From Candidatus Hodarchaeota archaeon (lineage in GTDB: Archaea; Asgardarchaeota; Heimdallarchaeia; Hodarchaeales; Hodarchaeaceae), in contig JAHQWW010000003.1 in NCBI GenBank assembly GCA_029856365.1, positions 32,001 through 96,000 on the forward strand: a DNA stretch of 64,000 nt, given 5' to 3'. A model generated the notes under the pieces. That model was not told the origin of the DNA. It searched no databases and saw nothing but the letters and a program-made list of their open reading frames with translations. This document shows, in pieces, positions 38,774-49,136 of the stretch. Every line of letters starts with the position of its first letter. Within the stretch, counting starts at the first letter, position 1. Made by a program: the position numbers and the translations under genes.

Positions 38774-40240
38774 ATGAGTGTAATAAGCATGACAAGTGTA
38801 ATAAAAATCATTGCAGGCATATTCATCATATTAATTGGATTTCCCATCTTTATTGGTGGTTCAGCGATTCTTCTTTTTGTCCCGCTATTTACTGATGGCG
38901 AAGGGTATTTTATGACAGATCCGATTGCTATTTCATCGGAGGATCTGAACGCTAATTTTTCAGCAATTCGAGTAGATATTCCTCTTGATGACGTTCAAAT
39001 AGGGGTGCAAATTGATCCTGCTAAATTTGTCAAGTTCAAAATGAATGTTCATGGACAAACCCGCTCAGAGGAAGTCTTCTTGGGTTTGTGTACTGCAGAC
39101 GAAGCTGATACATTTCTAGGTACGAATATTGCTTATCTTCTGATTCGAAATTTTGAATATTATGGCTTTGACCTTGGTGAAAATAGAGAAGATCCTATTT
39201 ATCAGATGGAGTATGAAATTTTTCCAAATTCTACCAATTGGACTCTTCCATTGGAAGACAGTGTATCTTGGCTTACAGGAGGTTATAGTGATACCTCTTT
39301 CAAATGGGATCCGTCATACGAAACCTTAACAGGAAACGAACCTATCTCACTAATTCTAATGCACGAAGACCTTGGTGAATCAATTAGTGTTGATATAACT
39401 TTCAGTGTTGGTGCGAATGTTCCTATAATAAATGCAATCGGATGGATACTCCTCATATTTGGTGGTTTATTCACCTTATTGGGTATTATCCTTGTATGGA
39501 GTGGGATGCGAACTAAAAAGCCTCAAGTTGAGCGTGTACGATATTACTACGGAGCTTCAGCACAGATAGTTGAACCTGTAAGCAAACCTACTCCCAAATT
39601 CCAACTTCAATGTTCCAACTGTGGTTCATTAAATGAACCAGATAGCGCATTCTGCTCTCAATGTGGTGAGATTCTCCTTTCAGAGGATCGAAAATCCGTA
39701 GAAGATGTGGTAGAAGGGAAAAAAATCGAGCTATATGAACCAGTAGGAACTAAACTAGTTGTAGCAGAAGGTTGGCCTCGCTTCTGGGCATGGTTAATTG
39801 ACATCTTCATCGTTGGTATGATCACGAGTATTCTGAGCTCGATAGTGTTCTTTTCTTTCAGTAATTGGGATTGGTGGTCATTTGGTTTCTGGAACCCCTT
39901 TCAATGGTTATTTAGTCTCGGACCCTCTTCAATAATTTTCCTTTTGTACTGTATTTTCATGGAATATTACTATGGGCAGACTATAGGAAAGATGGTTCTG
40001 AATCTCGAGGTAGTGTCAGAAACCACTGGGGATCGTCCCGTATTGCAAGATTTAATCATTTCTGCGCTAGGAAAATCCTTCTTTCTTCCATTGGACGTGA
40101 TATTAGGATGGTTTGCACGTGACAAGAGCCAAGTACCAAATCTTGAGCAACGATTGACCCAGAAATGGGCTCGAATCGTTGTTATAGTTCAACAGAAGAA
40201 AAAGGAGAAATCTGCTCAATTTGTTTCCAGTAGAATTTGA
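38774..40240 (+). CDS. membrane protein with extracellular domain, zinc ribbon and RDD domain
   Basis: CSNCG/CSQCG; 'RFWAWLID', 'GQTIGKMVLNLEVV', 'QRL'. Confidence 0.85.
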   Translation: MSVISMTSVIKIIAGIFIILIGFPIFIGGSAILLFVPLFTDGEGYFMTDPIAISSEDLNANFSAIRVDIPLDDVQIGVQIDPAKFVKFKMNVHGQTRSEEVFLGLCTADEADTFLGTNIAYLLIRNFEYYGFDLGENREDPIYQMEYEIFPNSTNWTLPLEDSVSWLTGGYSDTSFKWDPSYETLTGNEPISLILMHEDLGESISVDITFSVGANVPIINAIGWILLIFGGLFTLLGIILVWSGMRTKKPQVERVRYYYGASAQIVEPVSKPTPKFQLQCSNCGSLNEPDSAFCSQCGEILLSEDRKSVEDVVEGKKIELYEPVGTKLVVAEGWPRFWAWLIDIFIVGMITSILSSIVFFSFSNWDWWSFGFWNPFQWLFSLGPSSIIFLLYCIFMEYYYGQTIGKMVLNLEVVSETTGDRPVLQDLIISALGKSFFLPLDVILGWFARDKSQVPNLEQRLTQKWARIVVIVQQKKKEKSAQFVSSRI

Positions 40241-40307
40241 GAAAACTTTACTACCTCCTCCACCTTTTTTTCTTTTCATCTTTTTTACTTGATTTAATTT
40301 CCACCAG

Positions 40308-40790
40308 TCAAATTGAACTCTTGATTCCCTCATCAGTCATCAGGACTTCATGGGACTCTTTTAAAACCCGTTGATAATCATCGAATGTGAGTAACGAGAG
40401 AGCTTCTTCAAACGTAACCCATCGCCAGTTGATATGCTCTGGAGAAATATTTATTTCTTTAGAAAAGAATCTAACTAAAAAAAATACTACTTTTTTGACT
40501 ATTGTTTTTGGGCCTCGTTTAGGAAAATAGATTGAATCACTAAGTAATCTTCTAATAATTTTGAAGTTTGATTGCCCTGTTTCTTCACGGATTTCGCGAA
40601 TAGCGGTTTGCTCATAGGATTCCCCTTTATCTTGACGCCCTTTAGGAAATGCCCAATACTTGATAGGTCCATGGTGTTGTACTAATAAATAGAGAGGTTT
40701 ATTCCGTTTATCCAGTTCATTGATGTACACAGGCACCCCTCCGCACGAAATTTCATCGAAATGAGGGAGAAATTCCTGTTTGGAGGTCAT
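40308..40790 (-). CDS. Nudix hydrolase (Ap4A hydrolase-like)
   Basis: 'WAFPKG...GE...AIREIREETG', 'SPEH'. Confidence 0.92.
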   Translation of the reverse strand: MTSKQEFLPHFDEISCGGVPVYINELDKRNKPLYLLVQHHGPIKYWAFPKGRQDKGESYEQTAIREIREETGQSNFKIIRRLLSDSIYFPKRGPKTIVKKVVFFLVRFFSKEINISPEHINWRWVTFEEALSLLTFDDYQRVLKESHEVLMTDEGIKSSI

Positions 40791-41015
40791 AAATTGGCAT
40801 TCCTTGACATTGGGATTAGGAATATTGACTAATCATACTATTACAAGCAATGTTTTAATAGTTAAAGATGTTCTGTTATAAGCATAGTAAATCATTTGTT
40901 CATTATTAGGCATACTAATAGAGAAATAATTTAAAACTTATTATTCTGTTTCTGAAAGTGAATAAAAAACACAATTAATGTGTAAAGGATTGACACATTA
41001 TCTGGAGATAGATCT

Positions 41016-41903
41016 GTGAAAGAAAAGGACATCATTAAATACCGTGTGATTCTGAAACACGAGGATCCATCGACTGATATTTCAAATGTAAAAGGAGTCT
41101 TATCATTCCAAAGGAATGAAATATTTTTCACCCCCCATGATCTTGATCCAAACCTAGAAAGAACTTATGCTTTAAATGAATTAACAAGTGCAACATTAGT
41201 TACTGCGCGAGAATGGTTCAAGAAAAAAGAAATGGTGTCACTACAATTTACAAAGAGGCATGTTTCTGTATCCGTCCTTTTTGAACCCATTGATGTATCG
41301 CCTGAGTTTTTTTTGCAGGAAATCCTGAAGCTTCAGGAGCATATAACAAAAGGATCTTTTTCTGGTGTAGTAGGATCTCTGATTGAAAAAATTGGAGAAG
41401 AAGGCCAGAAGATAGTCCGTGAAGTCGGGGCAATGATTCAATCTTCTTCCCAAGAAATTACCCAAGCTATTGATCAAACGAGACAGTTCATCAGAGAAGC
41501 AACAAAGACGGCTAACTTATTGGAATCTGTCGATGTAGATCCTGAGAGAAAAAGTAAAACAATCAATTTAGAGGTAACCGATATCGATGAAATTCTAAAG
41601 AGGTCTCTAGCTTCAGAAAAAATAGAAGCAATGATTTCTGGTTTGATAGCTAAAGGCCTAATTTCTGCAAAGGATCAAAAATTTCAGGAGGCGTTAGATG
41701 CTTTAAAGATTGCTCGAGAAGCTGCAAAGAATGAAAATCTGAAAGAATATACTGAGGTTGCTGATGAAAATATTAAACAGATTGAAAACCTAGATACTGA
41801 GAATCTAGATAAAAAAGCTATCAAATATGCTAATGAGGCTCGTGATATTGTAGCAGAATGGGAAGCGTCAAAAAATAATGAAAAAAAAGATGTACCTGAT
41901 TAA
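41016..41903 (+). CDS. PH-like domain + amphipathic/TPR-like helices
   Basis: Beta-rich N-terminus capped by a helix, then helical remainder. Confidence 0.6.
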   Translation: MKEKDIIKYRVILKHEDPSTDISNVKGVLSFQRNEIFFTPHDLDPNLERTYALNELTSATLVTAREWFKKKEMVSLQFTKRHVSVSVLFEPIDVSPEFFLQEILKLQEHITKGSFSGVVGSLIEKIGEEGQKIVREVGAMIQSSSQEITQAIDQTRQFIREATKTANLLESVDVDPERKSKTINLEVTDIDEILKRSLASEKIEAMISGLIAKGLISAKDQKFQEALDALKIAREAAKNENLKEYTEVADENIKQIENLDTENLDKKAIKYANEARDIVAEWEASKNNEKKDVPD

Positions 41904-43005
41904 ACGGATCATTATAATAATATGTATTATATGGAATTCGTCCTTTACAATCCCTCTTTGGGCTGTAAGTTATGTTCATTCCCCCTCATCTTATGAAATA
42001 TTTGTAAACTATGATTTTAAATTTAACAGCACACGAGCTTATGATATTATCCAAAAGCAAGTCAAATTTGGGCCGCGTTTTCCTGGTTCTGAAGGTATTG
42101 AGAAAACTAGAGGATTGATCGCTTCAGAACTCCTCCCAACTCAAAAGTGGGTCATCTCATATCAAAATTTCTCAAAAAATTGGATAGATGGCCAAGAAGT
42201 AAATCTAGTGAATGTCATTTGCAATCCTATTGATTGGGATCCAATGCGGCAATCCTTTTTTCTAATAGCCCATTATGATACACGATTATGGGCTGATGAA
42301 GATCCTGATCCTGTAAACCGAAAAAAACCTGTTCTTGGTGCAAATGATGGTGCTTCAGGAGTAGCAGTAGTACTAGAGCTTGGAAGGGTATTACTTGAAG
42401 ACCACAATGTCACAAATTTTCAATTAATTTTCTTTGATGGCGAAGATCAAGGAGATATTTATGGTTGGGATTGGTTAGCAGGATCTCGATTTTATGTTGA
42501 GTCTCCTCTGTTTAAGAGTCAAAATTTATCGTTTGTAATTCTATTTGATATGGTTGCTGGGAAAAATGCTATATTTAAGCGGGAAAAGTATTCCGATCAA
42601 TATGCAGGTAAACTTGTAAACCAGATTTGGAATGAAGCAAAGGAATTGGGCTTTAACAATTATTTTGTAAATCAATCTGGAGGCTATATATTAGATGATC
42701 ATTTTCCTTTTATCCAAAAAGGATTCCCAGCCATTGACATTATTGATGATTTTTCTCATCGTTTCAAACCTTGGCATACAAGCTTTGATAATATGACTTT
42801 CATTGATACCAGAACTCTAGAAGCTGTGGGTTATACCCTAGAATCAGTATTAACTCGTCTTACGGCCTCAATGGAATGGTTATCTAGACTTTCAACATTC
42901 CATTTTCAAAGTCCAGTTAAAATCTTTGATTTCATGAGTGGATGTCTTCTACTTACATTTGGAATGATATATCGAAAAAGAAAGAATGTAAAACATCGGA
43001 TTTAA
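41878..43005 (+). CDS. M28 family peptidase / glutaminyl cyclase-like, exported
   Basis: Signal peptide; 'FGPRFPGS', 'AHYDTR', 'GANDGASG', 'FFDGED', 'DDH', 'WHT'; C-terminal hydrophobic + basic tail. Confidence 0.9.
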   Translation: MKKKMYLIKRIIIIICIIWNSSFTIPLWAVSYVHSPSSYEIFVNYDFKFNSTRAYDIIQKQVKFGPRFPGSEGIEKTRGLIASELLPTQKWVISYQNFSKNWIDGQEVNLVNVICNPIDWDPMRQSFFLIAHYDTRLWADEDPDPVNRKKPVLGANDGASGVAVVLELGRVLLEDHNVTNFQLIFFDGEDQGDIYGWDWLAGSRFYVESPLFKSQNLSFVILFDMVAGKNAIFKREKYSDQYAGKLVNQIWNEAKELGFNNYFVNQSGGYILDDHFPFIQKGFPAIDIIDDFSHRFKPWHTSFDNMTFIDTRTLEAVGYTLESVLTRLTASMEWLSRLSTFHFQSPVKIFDFMSGCLLLTFGMIYRKRKNVKHRI

Positions 43006-43144
43006 CCATGACTCCTAAGGAGAATTAGTTGAAAAACTATTGTATAAGAAAATAATTTAAAACTGGATCAATAATTTTCGATTAAATCCACAAAGTGACA
43101 AAGTATTTATTTTGTGTCCTAAATCCATCAAAAAACAGTGAGAG

Positions 43145-43618
43145 ATGATAATCATGCCCATGACTAAAGAATTGAGCTCTCAATTAACTTTTAGGCCTCT
43201 TACAGAGGATGATATTGATACTATTGTAAGAATTGATGAACAAATTCTTCGAAGAAAACGTTCTACGTTATTTCATGACCAATTGCGTGAACAAATTCAA
43301 AAACATGGCGAAGAAAGTTTTGGGGCACTTAATGATGATGGGGCACTCATCGGATATCTCATCGCTGAAACTGTGGTTTATATTTATGGAGAAGACGACC
43401 TCAGTGCCTGGATCATTTTACTAGGAGTCGATCCTGCACATCAGGATAAAGGTGTAGGAACAGCTCTTGTAAAAAAAGCAATCAACTACTTTGGTGAAAA
43501 GGGAATTAAAACGATTCGTACAATCTGTGCATGGAATTGGGGTGATTTAGTCGAATTTTTTAGCTCAGTTGGATTCGATCTCTCCACTTACTTGACATTG
43601 GAATTGAACATTGGATAA
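43145..43618 (+). CDS. GNAT acetyltransferase
   Basis: 'LGVDPAHQDKGVGTAL', 'FFSSVGF'. Confidence 0.9.
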   Translation: MIIMPMTKELSSQLTFRPLTEDDIDTIVRIDEQILRRKRSTLFHDQLREQIQKHGEESFGALNDDGALIGYLIAETVVYIYGEDDLSAWIILLGVDPAHQDKGVGTALVKKAINYFGEKGIKTIRTICAWNWGDLVEFFSSVGFDLSTYLTLELNIG

Positions 43619-43640
43619 AGTCCATAGGAGTAAAAAAAAA

Positions 43641-43787
43641 ATGAGTGAACTCATCCGACAAAGTAAATTCGAAGTTTATGGCGAAGAAATGTTAGAAAAA
43701 GAAGTAAAAAAGAGTGGAAATAGTGGTCGGGTATATCTACCACCCTCTTGGATTGGAAAACGGGTGAAAATTATTCGCATGGACTGA
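43641..43787 (+). CDS. DUF2080-family small protein (48 aa; below ORF-track cutoff)
   Basis: MSELIRQSKFEVYGEEMLEKEVKKSGNSGRVYLPPSWIGKRVKIIRMD; SD AGGAG upstream. Confidence 0.85.
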   Translation: MSELIRQSKFEVYGEEMLEKEVKKSGNSGRVYLPPSWIGKRVKIIRMD

Positions 43788-43800
43788 TAAGTACTGATGT

Positions 43801-45051
43801 TCAATTTTTGCTAGGAACATCTGTTATTGATGCTTTTTTATTCTTCTTTTTCCGTAAAGCCTCGGTGTTATCCCGAAGCTCAGATATCATGACCCCTGAT
43901 TCTTTATATAATTTATCAGCTTGTTCCAGATCAAAGTAAAGATCATTTTCAATCCATTTATACTTACGGTACTTGTAAAGTGAGATACTGCCAATTCTAG
44001 ATTCAATGGCAGGGATATCCCTTTGTATGAGAGTCTCAAGTTCTTCAACTGACAAATTTGCAAGTTTACTGAAGTTTTCCGACACAAAGATTTTGCATCT
44101 CTCCAGCTCAGTCTTAATTTTTACCAATTCAGCTTGATATTCCGTAATAATGGGATCTTTTATCTCCTTATAAATTTTTAAGACCATATCACTGTCGACA
44201 TTAAACAAATACTCATCATAGTATTGGATAGCAATTAAGCTATCACCTTGTGCTACTTTCTCAATTTCCGAAACGATGACTTCAGCTGGTAATTGTTGTA
44301 AGGCCCAAATTGCCTTTCCTTGAACATTCACATCCCTATCCTTAGCTACCTGTAATAGAGGGAGGACTGAATCAGTATGCCTGATTTTACCTAAAGCTTC
44401 TGCAGCATTTCCACGAGTTCCTTTATCTTTGTCCTTTAAAGCGTTAATCAAAACAGAAAGAGCCCTAGCATCTTTTAACTCACCGAGACTCCAACTCATT
44501 TCTCGACGAGCATATTCTTCAGGTTCCTTCTCCAGCGCTTTTATCAGGGGTTCAATAGCATTTAGAACCCTAATTTGCCCTATGGCGTGGGCAGCATTTT
44601 CTCGTACTTCAGAGCTTTCAGTATCATTAAGTACTTTAATAAGACTCAGTCCTGCTTCAATAGCTATATCTCCCATTTCTCCTAATTGTTTGGCAACCAT
44701 AGCACGAAAATCTGGATCCTCATCGGATTCTAAATACTTAACAAGGGGGTTAACAGTTGATTTATTTGCGATCTCGCCAAGTGCTTCAACTGCACCAAAT
44801 CTTACTGTCCAATAGTCAATTGATGGATCTAAAGCAGCAAGTATTTTTGGTATAGCCATTTGGGGATTATTTTTACCTAAGATAACTAGTTGATTGACTG
44901 CTGATGCACGAATAAGTAACTGATGACTCTCTAACGCTCGTAGCATAACATCGCACAAAGCATCAGGAGGTAGTTCTTGGTCATCAGGTATTTGCATGAT
45001 TTTTCGAAGGGCAGGATCTATATCTTCCTCTTTATTTGGGATCACAGTCAT
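43801..45051 (-). CDS. HEAT/PBS-lyase repeat protein
   Basis: Repeated 'VR..AA.ALG.I' units. Confidence 0.92.
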   Translation of the reverse strand: MTVIPNKEEDIDPALRKIMQIPDDQELPPDALCDVMLRALESHQLLIRASAVNQLVILGKNNPQMAIPKILAALDPSIDYWTVRFGAVEALGEIANKSTVNPLVKYLESDEDPDFRAMVAKQLGEMGDIAIEAGLSLIKVLNDTESSEVRENAAHAIGQIRVLNAIEPLIKALEKEPEEYARREMSWSLGELKDARALSVLINALKDKDKGTRGNAAEALGKIRHTDSVLPLLQVAKDRDVNVQGKAIWALQQLPAEVIVSEIEKVAQGDSLIAIQYYDEYLFNVDSDMVLKIYKEIKDPIITEYQAELVKIKTELERCKIFVSENFSKLANLSVEELETLIQRDIPAIESRIGSISLYKYRKYKWIENDLYFDLEQADKLYKESGVMISELRDNTEALRKKKNKKASITDVPSKN

Positions 45052-45387
45052 TACTCCTGAAATAAGCTTATCTTAATTCAAATAAGCATCTAATAATATT
45101 TATCTATTTACTGAATAAATCATACTTCATTTAAAGGACAATTTTTCCAAGAACAACAATAATTCAAAAACTATTACTTAGTGAATAAAAGATCATCGAC
45201 TTATCTGATAATAAATTACTCTATTTACTAAATAGGCCTTTATATGAATGTAAAGTCCAGGAAAGACCTCGGAATAAGTTATAAAATTTGTTACTGAAAA
45301 ACAGTAGTAGACTTTTTAAAGACTCTGATGTTAAGAACAGTTCAAAAATACATTTATGAAAAAGGGAAAAATTAAGAATCTGAGGTT

Positions 45388-45882
45388 TTAACCAATCCGA
45401 ACTTCAACTATTTGTTGCTTCGTTCGCAAGTTAGAAGATAAGAAACGTCCTTCTACTGAAGATAATTCCATCATTAGTGGATTATTTGTCCATGAACAAC
45501 GAATTGAAGCCCCTTCAAAAACCCGTTCTGTTATCTCTGGATTTCCTCGTACAATGACTGGTTCTTGAAACTCAAATCCATTTTTGACCTTCTTTACTTG
45601 CAGAAAAAAAACAGAAAGTGCTATCCCTCGCTTCATCATACTAGATACATTCTCCTCTACTTCAATGGCCTGATTCTCCACGTTCCAGAAAATTCGAGCA
45701 CGAATGCGTCGCGGCTCTGGTTGTTCAATATTGATAAATCTCATACCAGTAATGAAGAAACCCGTCCTGTTTCGACCATCTTCATCTTTCAATCCTTTCA
45801 CATTGAGATGACTTTCTACATCAATAATGGGGTAGATTTCGATTTTTTTTACTTCATCGATTCGGGTCATTCTCATTCTCAT
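45388..45882 (-). CDS. hypothetical beta-rich protein
   Basis: 164-aa ORF directly downstream of an aminotransferase; AGGA SD. Confidence 0.6.
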   Translation of the reverse strand: MRMRMTRIDEVKKIEIYPIIDVESHLNVKGLKDEDGRNRTGFFITGMRFINIEQPEPRRIRARIFWNVENQAIEVEENVSSMMKRGIALSVFFLQVKKVKNGFEFQEPVIVRGNPEITERVFEGASIRCSWTNNPLMMELSSVEGRFLSSNLRTKQQIVEVRIG

Positions 45883-45916
45883 TCCTAAGTGCTACATTTT
45901 ACCAAGTCAATAATTA

Positions 45917-47119
45917 CTATACTGTTTTCAAGAAGGATTCAACATGATCTAAGGCTTCCCTCATCATTGTGACATCAGGAAGTACAACAGATCGGAAATG
46001 GCCTTTTCCTAGCTCTCCAAAACCACTTCCAAATACGAAAAGTACGCCTGTTTCTTGAAGAAGATCCAACACAAAACGACGGTCATTGATATCTTTGCTA
46101 ATCCGGGGAAACGCGTAAAAAGCTCCCTTGGGCGGAACAACAGATAATCCATTCATTCCATTTACTCGCGTTGAAAAATAATCAGCACGCTTTTCCAGTT
46201 TTTCAATAACTGCAGGTAGAAAATCCATTTCTTTGTTAATGATTTTACTCACTGCTACTTGCACGGGGCTATTAGCGCACAACCGAATCCGTGACTGTTT
46301 GGCTAATGCTTCCCAAAATTCTGAGTAGATATCATTATCATCCCTTAATATTGCCCACCCTAAACGCCATCCTGGGGAAAGCAACGTTTTTGAAATACCA
46401 TTTAACTCTAAAACTGGTATATCTGTTATTGAAGCCGTTGATCGAAAATTCTTCTCGAATGTCAGTAAATCATAAATTTCGTCAGAGATTAATAGAAGAT
46501 TGTGTTCCCCAGCGAGGTCTGCAATCTTTTTCACAACTTTTTTTGAATAAACTGCTCCAGTAGGATTATTAGGATTGATTATAATAATTGCCTGAGTTTT
46601 TGGAGATATTTTTCTTTGAATATCTTCAACATCAGGTTGCCAATCTTCTGATTCTAGAGTATGATATTCTACCGGAGAAATATTATGATAATTAAAATAC
46701 GATAAATATGGAGGATACGCAGGAGAAGGCACTAATACTTCTGTTCCAGCTTTAAGACTTGCAGATATGAATGATATTGCTTCAGAGACCCCTGATGTGA
46801 CCAGGATTTTGTTAAGATCTAAATCAGTTCCCCAAAGTCGTTTCTGTCTTTTAACTATTTCTTTACGTAAGGTAGGATCCCCTGCAGAATCACTATAGTA
46901 GTTAGCCTTATCTTTTGTAACTGCCTCCAATAATGCCTGTTTTAGAAAATCGGGAGTATCGAAGTCAAATTTATCAGGATCACCAATGTTAAAGTAATAA
47001 AGCTTTTTTCCTTGTTTTTCTACCTTTTTAGCTAGAATTACAATGTCTCTAATTGCATATTGGATATTAGTAACGTTCGGTGAGAGTTCCATAAGTGTAC
47101 CTTCTTTAAATGCGGACAT
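45917..47119 (-). CDS. class I aminotransferase (alanine aminotransferase-like)
   Basis: 'YAIRD', 'NIGDP', 'NPNNPTG', 'SDEIYD', 'NGISK...PGWRLG'. Confidence 0.92.
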   Translation of the reverse strand: MSAFKEGTLMELSPNVTNIQYAIRDIVILAKKVEKQGKKLYYFNIGDPDKFDFDTPDFLKQALLEAVTKDKANYYSDSAGDPTLRKEIVKRQKRLWGTDLDLNKILVTSGVSEAISFISASLKAGTEVLVPSPAYPPYLSYFNYHNISPVEYHTLESEDWQPDVEDIQRKISPKTQAIIIINPNNPTGAVYSKKVVKKIADLAGEHNLLLISDEIYDLLTFEKNFRSTASITDIPVLELNGISKTLLSPGWRLGWAILRDDNDIYSEFWEALAKQSRIRLCANSPVQVAVSKIINKEMDFLPAVIEKLEKRADYFSTRVNGMNGLSVVPPKGAFYAFPRISKDINDRRFVLDLLQETGVLFVFGSGFGELGKGHFRSVVLPDVTMMREALDHVESFLKTV

Positions 47120-47549
47120 GCTCTTTCCTATATCTAACGAAGGAGAATTAACCTGAAAGAACAGTAAGGAGTTGTTAATTAAGTTGTTTAATCAACATTT
47201 ACTTAAACTCTTCTATTTCTCTAGACATGATTCCTTTGATTTTCAGAACTATTATTTCAAGTTCTAGTTGATTTTATTTCTTTATCCTTTAATCCTGCAT
47301 AATTCATTACAATGAAAAGTTAAAAATGGATTTTTAACGCGAAAAATCAATTATGGCTTTAAACTAAATGAATACCTATTTTAAAGTATCATATAGATAA
47401 CTTTCAGAAATTTTATCGGGTTTTGACTAATTGAAATCAAACACCCTCTATTACTCAAAGAAAAAATGATCTTCCTTTTGCAAGCCTTTTTTAAATTTTA
47501 AAAAATTAGGATGATTAATAGAAAGTAACACTCGAGGAAGGTAATCTCA

Positions 47550-48239
47550 TTGAGTACTGATGTAGAATCATTATCTGTACTTATTGCCTCCATTGTAGAT
47601 CTTGGAGCTAAAATCTGTGTTTTATCAGACATTTCAGGGTTACCTATTGTTACTCGTTCGAAAATAAACATAGAAGATGTAGAAATTGCACTTAGTGCTC
47701 TCAGTAGTCTCGTTATTTCAACAGGAGATACTATTGCCCGAGAATTAGAAGGGAATTTTTCAAATATGTCCGTTCGAACGAGTGGTGGTCTGCTTCTTTC
47801 TACTGTCATCGATTCAAATCCCAAAGTGGTTCTTACAGCTATTGTTGATGAGAATCTTGAAACTACAGTCATCCATGAAATGCGTCGTCTTCAACCAATT
47901 ATCTCCAATGCCATTGAGGGAGTAGCCATTGAGATAAAAGAACGTGAAAGATTACAGGCCCCAGATCAACGAAAAATTCTCACATTTTTTGATTCATTTT
48001 CTCTTAAAGTAAACCAAGCAGACTCTCCAAATAATTTGGTTAGTATTATTCAAGCAGCTAAAGATGATCTGTTTACATTAGTCAATTCAGGAACAATATC
48101 TTATGAAATGAATCGATTTGCTCTTAAGCTGGAAAAATACATCCAATACGAATCTCTCAACCCAGAAACTCTATCGAAAATCAAAGAAGAAATCAAAAAA
48201 GCTGTAGAAGATTGGAAAAGACGACTCTTACCAGAATAG
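47550..48239 (+). CDS. roadblock-like domain + helical bundle
   Basis: 'VLSDISGLPIV...ALSALSSLV', then an all-helical C-terminus. Confidence 0.78.
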   Translation: MSTDVESLSVLIASIVDLGAKICVLSDISGLPIVTRSKINIEDVEIALSALSSLVISTGDTIARELEGNFSNMSVRTSGGLLLSTVIDSNPKVVLTAIVDENLETTVIHEMRRLQPIISNAIEGVAIEIKERERLQAPDQRKILTFFDSFSLKVNQADSPNNLVSIIQAAKDDLFTLVNSGTISYEMNRFALKLEKYIQYESLNPETLSKIKEEIKKAVEDWKRRLLPE

Positions 48240-48775
48240 ATCCATTTCACTTATTTGTTGTTAGAAAAACCTGTTTTATCATTTACTTTTCATAACGAAT
48301 AGAGTTGTTTGTCAGTGATTTGTTGTACATTCAATGTTTCTTAAGTGAAAATCTGTTATTCATAAAATACAGCAACAAGAGAATTCCAATATGGAAACCA
48401 GATAACGATAAGAACCTGCAAACTTATAAGAGGAATTTCAGTAAAATCTAAACTTTGATAAGGTGTATTTTTGAAGCACTCAAAGGTAAGTATTTAATTA
48501 ATGTCTAATAACAATATGCCTCTAGCAATATTCGTACTTGAAAATTGTTCCAAAGTACTCCGCGATCTCATGCCTCGAATATCACTAGATTTATCCTCAT
48601 CCATGATCTGAAAGTTCCTCATGTGATATGACTTTCACATTCTTACAAGCTGATATCTCATGTTAAGGCAAGCATCTGTCGAAGTAAAAAACGGTAAGAA
48701 GGGCTCTATTTTCGTAAAAACATGAATCGTCTATACGGGAAAACTTATAATCTAGGATGTGTTAGACTTATGTAA

Positions 48776-48836
48776 GAAAGAAAGGGCTTCAGTTCGTTTA
48801 ACTCTTTTATGGTTACCGCAAACCGCCTTTTCTTTC
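48776..48836 (+). ncRNA. candidate small structured RNA (three-way junction)
   Basis: 12-bp closing stem, two internal hairpins, upstream TTATAA at 48745-48750, pyrimidine tract downstream. Confidence 0.4.
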
Positions 48837-49136
48837 ACCTTTTCTCCCAAACAATAATTTCTCCATGTTTTATTTGAATTCTACCGTTTTTAGCAATGGT
48901 TAGTTTTTTTATCATTAGGTGTCATGAGTGTGTAGAAGTAATACAGCAAAAACTTTTTTGTCGGCTTCTTTCTCCTCAAACTGCTATTTATAAGGTTTTT
49001 AACCATTGAACAATACGACAAAAATGATGAATTATCTTGTTTAGAATCATGCTTCTCAATAGTTATATATTATGTTAATTGAAGTTTATAATTTTAGTAA
49101 AAAATCAAAAAAAATTCTTTTAAGGTTAAAAGAAAA

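Noticed and set aside
43641-43787. Mobile element suggested by DUF2080
   Set aside because: No transposase, terminal repeats or target duplication visible.
48490-48625. 36-42-aa ORFs on both strands in the intergenic gap
   Set aside because: No recognisable motif or convincing SD; cannot be supported.
48776-48836. Hammerhead ribozyme on the minus strand (three stems, GAA junction)
   Set aside because: The catalytic CUGAUGA is replaced by AUAAAAG, and there is no proper GAAA/UH core.
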